Positions 59,601-64,000 of a DNA stretch of 64,000 nucleotides are shown here, piece after piece. Under the pieces are notes generated by a model. It saw nothing but the letters and a program-made list of their open reading frames with translations, had not been told where the DNA came from and made no database searches. The number at the start of each line of letters is the position of its first letter. Position 1 is the first letter of the stretch. The position numbers were made by a program, and so were the translations under genes. The stretch lies in assembly GCF_009914755.1 (NCBI RefSeq), contig NC_060928.1; one strand, written 5' to 3'. This DNA comes from the human T2T-CHM13v2.0 reference genome, Homo sapiens.

Positions 59601-61569
59601 TTAAGATATCTAAAACTTACTAGAAGTAGTGAGCTTTGCCATTACACAACCAAGCCCATATTAGAAATGTTTATTCCATCATATATCTGCTCTGTGGGGT
59701 CACTGCCAAAGAGAGAGTGTAGAGTTACCTTACAACATCCAGTCAGCTTGTTACCTTTGTTATTGTTGTTAACAAACCTTAATCATTACTGTAACTGGTT
59801 AACCTTGTGAATCTTCTAGCACAAGGAATTGGCTTGAAGTCTTTAATATTAGCCAATAAAAATTGCCGACAGAATTTTTCTCTTGTGTAATTGTTTTCTG
59901 TTAAGTCTTAAAGTGGTATGTGGGGTTATCACTAAGTGACTGTGTCAATAAACTTCTAAATGATTCATCAAATATTTACTGAGTAGTAGTTATGTGCTTT
60001 ACTTAAGAGAATATATTTCTTTTGACACAGTTTCATTTCCAGGAATGAGAGGTAGAGAGAGAAGATTCTCCATAGAGAGGGGAGCAAGGCATTTTGCATC
60101 TGCCACACCAAGGTCAGTGCAGAGTCAGGAGGACTTCTTCTTACAGGGAACAGCTGAGCTGGAGCTCACTTGCCCAGCAGTCCCCACTCCTGCCAAAACT
60201 GTCAGTAGTCTCTGCTACAGGAGATTCCCCAAGTCCTCACAGGCCCTGAATCTTGTTTGGAGAGTTAGTCAGAAATCTGTGCTGCTTCATACCCTCAGAG
60301 TAGGAGTCCACCTTGAGCACCCCTACTCCTGCAACCTAAGTTGCCACAGCTTGGCACCATCTTGAAACCAGACCAACCACCAAAGATATCCTGCCCTGGG
60401 GATCAGTAGCAATGGATTCTTTCCATTCCTGAGGTGCCACAGTCATTCCATTATGTTTGTAAGAGTTCCCATAACACCATGACTCTGGCTGCCTGCACTC
60501 TAGGCAGATGGAATGATGAAGACCACAGCATTTTAACCCACACAGACCACAACCCCCACAGGGAACAGGTGGACTTGCACAGTGGAAGAACCACTGAAAT
60601 GCCAGCCTGCCTCCTCATCCACTCCTGTCTGCTCTGCACAGCTGGCAGGCTTGCCAACACCACACATGCCTGCACCCGGCCAACAGCTAGTTCTCTGATA
60701 GTCCTGTCCTCTGACAGACCACCACAAAGTTGCCCAACCCCACCACACCCGAATGTGCCCACATCCAGCACAACACCAAGTCTGACAGCAGCCCCATCTA
60801 TCCTGAGAGACCACCTCATGGCTGCTGTGTATACTATTTTTATGTGACCAATTTAAGTTACTATCAGATTAAGTAGTTTATTATGGCTTTTCAAGATAGC
60901 CCCATGGTAACTACAAAGAAGGAAATTACAGCAGATAAACAAATAAGAAAGGGAAAGGAAATAAAACTTAGTACAACAACAACAAAATCCCAGAAAACCA
61001 GAGAGGTAAAAAAAAAAAAAAGAGGAAGAAAAGAACAAGGGATCTACAAACTAACCAGAAAACAATTAATATAGTGTTAACAAAATGACAGGAGCAAGTC
61101 CTTCTCTATTAAGAATAACTTCAAATGTAAATGGATTAAATTATCTAATTGAAAAACATAACATGGCTGAATGGACAAAAAGATAAGACCCAAAACCATA
61201 CGTTTCCTACAAAAGACTCACCTCATCATTAAAGATAAACATAGACGTAAGAGAAGAGCTTGATAAACATATTTTATGCAATCAGAAACCAAATGTCAGT
61301 AGAAATGGCCATAGCTAGATCAGTTAAAACAGATTTTAAGCCAAACACTGTAAGAAGAGAAAAAGAAGGCCATTATATAATGATAAAGGAATCAATTTAA
61401 CAAGTAGATATAACAATTATAAATATATAAGCAGCTAACATTGGAGCGCTCAGATATTTAAAGTAAATATTGTTATACCTAAATCAAGAGACAGTCTGCA
61501 ATTAAATAATATTAGGGGACTCCAGTACTTCACTTTCACCAATGGACTGATCATCAAGACAAAATATCA

Positions 61570-62103
<534 letters not shown>

Positions 62104-62716
62104 CTACCCAAATCTATGGGAAACAGTATAAGCAGAACTAAGAGGGAGGTTTATTGTAATAAACATGTACATCAAAAAAGAAGAAAGATTTCTAATAAAA
62201 ACCTAAAACTGCACCTTAAGGAACTAGAAAAAACAAGGACAAATGAAACTGAAAATTGGTGGAAGGAAGGAAATAATAAAGCTTAGAGAAGATATAAGCA
62301 AAATAGAGAAATGTTAAAAAAAAACTCAGATTAACAAAAGGAAGAGTTGTTTTTTGAAAAGATAAACAAAATTGACAAACCTTAGCTAGACTAAGAAAAT
62401 AAGAGAGAAGACTCAAATAAGTAAAATCAGAGATGAAAAGGCAGGCACTACAACTGATACCACAGGGCGGGGGAAAGATAATATACTATTATGAACAAAT
62501 ATATGCCAACAAATTTGATAGCTTAGAAGAAATTAATAAGTTCCCAGACATTTACAACCTACTTTAAATTCTAAGGAGATTTCTAAAAATCTGAGTAGGT
62601 CAATAACAAGTGAGGAAATTGAACTGGTAATGAAAAGTCATCCATCAGATAGAAACTCAGGACTTGTTGGCATCATGGCTAGATTTTACCAAACCTTTAA
62701 AGAACTAACATCAATT

Positions 62717-63039
<323 letters not shown>

Positions 63040-64000
63040 ACCCATCAATTTTCCTCAAACTGTTCTGGAAAATTAAAGAGGAGGGAATTCTCCCAAACCC
63101 ATTATACAAGGCTAGCATTTCCCTGATTCCAAAATCAGACAACAACACAAGAAAAACAGAAAATGATAGGTCAATAATCCTGATGATCGTTAAGTGCCAA
63201 AATTCTCAATAAGATGCTACTGAATTCAACAGCACACTACGAAGACTATCTACAGTGATCAAGTTGGATTCATTCCAGGGACACAAGGCTGGTTTAATAT
63301 ATACAAATCAATAAATGTCATATACCACATTAACAGAAAGAAAGAGGAAATCATATGATTATTTCAAGAGACAGCCCTTGACACAATTTAACATCCCTCT
63401 ATCATACACACTCTCAACAAATTAACTACAGAAGTTATGAATCTCAACAACATAAAAGCCATATATGACAAACCCACAACTAACATCATACTGAGTGAGG
63501 AAAAGCTGAAAGAAAAGGGACAAGATGAGAATTCCTACTTTCACCACATTTATTCAACGTGATACTGCAAGTGCCAAGTTCTAGCCAGAGCAATTAGGAT
63601 AGAGAAAGAAATAAAAGGCATCCAAAATAGAAAGGAGGATGTTATATTGTCCATGTTTGCAGATGACATAATCTTATATATAGAAAAACTTAAAGACTTC
63701 ATGAAAAAAATCTATATTAGAATTAATAAATAAAATTTAGTAAAGTTGAAGAATACAAAATTAACATACAAAAAGCAGCAGCATTTCTATATGCTAATAT
63801 TGAACTATCTGGGAAAAAATAAAGACAAGACTAAAGAAAAATAAGAAAATAAGCTATTTTATTTAAAATATCCACAAAAAATAAAACGATATCTAGGACT
63901 AAACCAAGGGAATGAAAGATCTCTACACTAAAAACTATAAAACTTTGATTAAAGAAATTGAAAAGGACACAAATAAATAGAAAGGTATCCCATATTCATT

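Overview
AT-rich, CpG-poor primate genomic DNA, most likely human because it carries an AluYa5-lineage element. It reads as intergenic or intronic sequence made largely of interspersed repeats. I find no supportable protein-coding gene, rRNA, tRNA, CRISPR array or CpG island; the supplied ORFs are Alu-, L1- or LTR-derived, low-complexity, or chance ORFs. Main structures: (1) a two-LTR non-autonomous MER41A provirus (28989-34568) with polypurine tract and 4-bp TSD, containing a near-pristine AluYa5/Ya4-type insertion; (2) a nested stack at about 36.2-45.0 kb, where an L2 is interrupted by MLT1, MER91 (itself split by a ~6.4-kb L1MC carrying an Alu), an L1 3' end and a dimeric ~50-bp minisatellite; (3) an internally deleted THE1A provirus; (4) a twin-primed L1PA with a very short 5' inversion; (5) an old L1 lacking ORF1 that runs off the right edge. 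Weak plus-strand splice signals at 51.5-59.4 kb may mark a lncRNA. I found no convincing new biological system. Subfamily names come from my memory of consensus sequences, and boundaries of old repeats are approximate.
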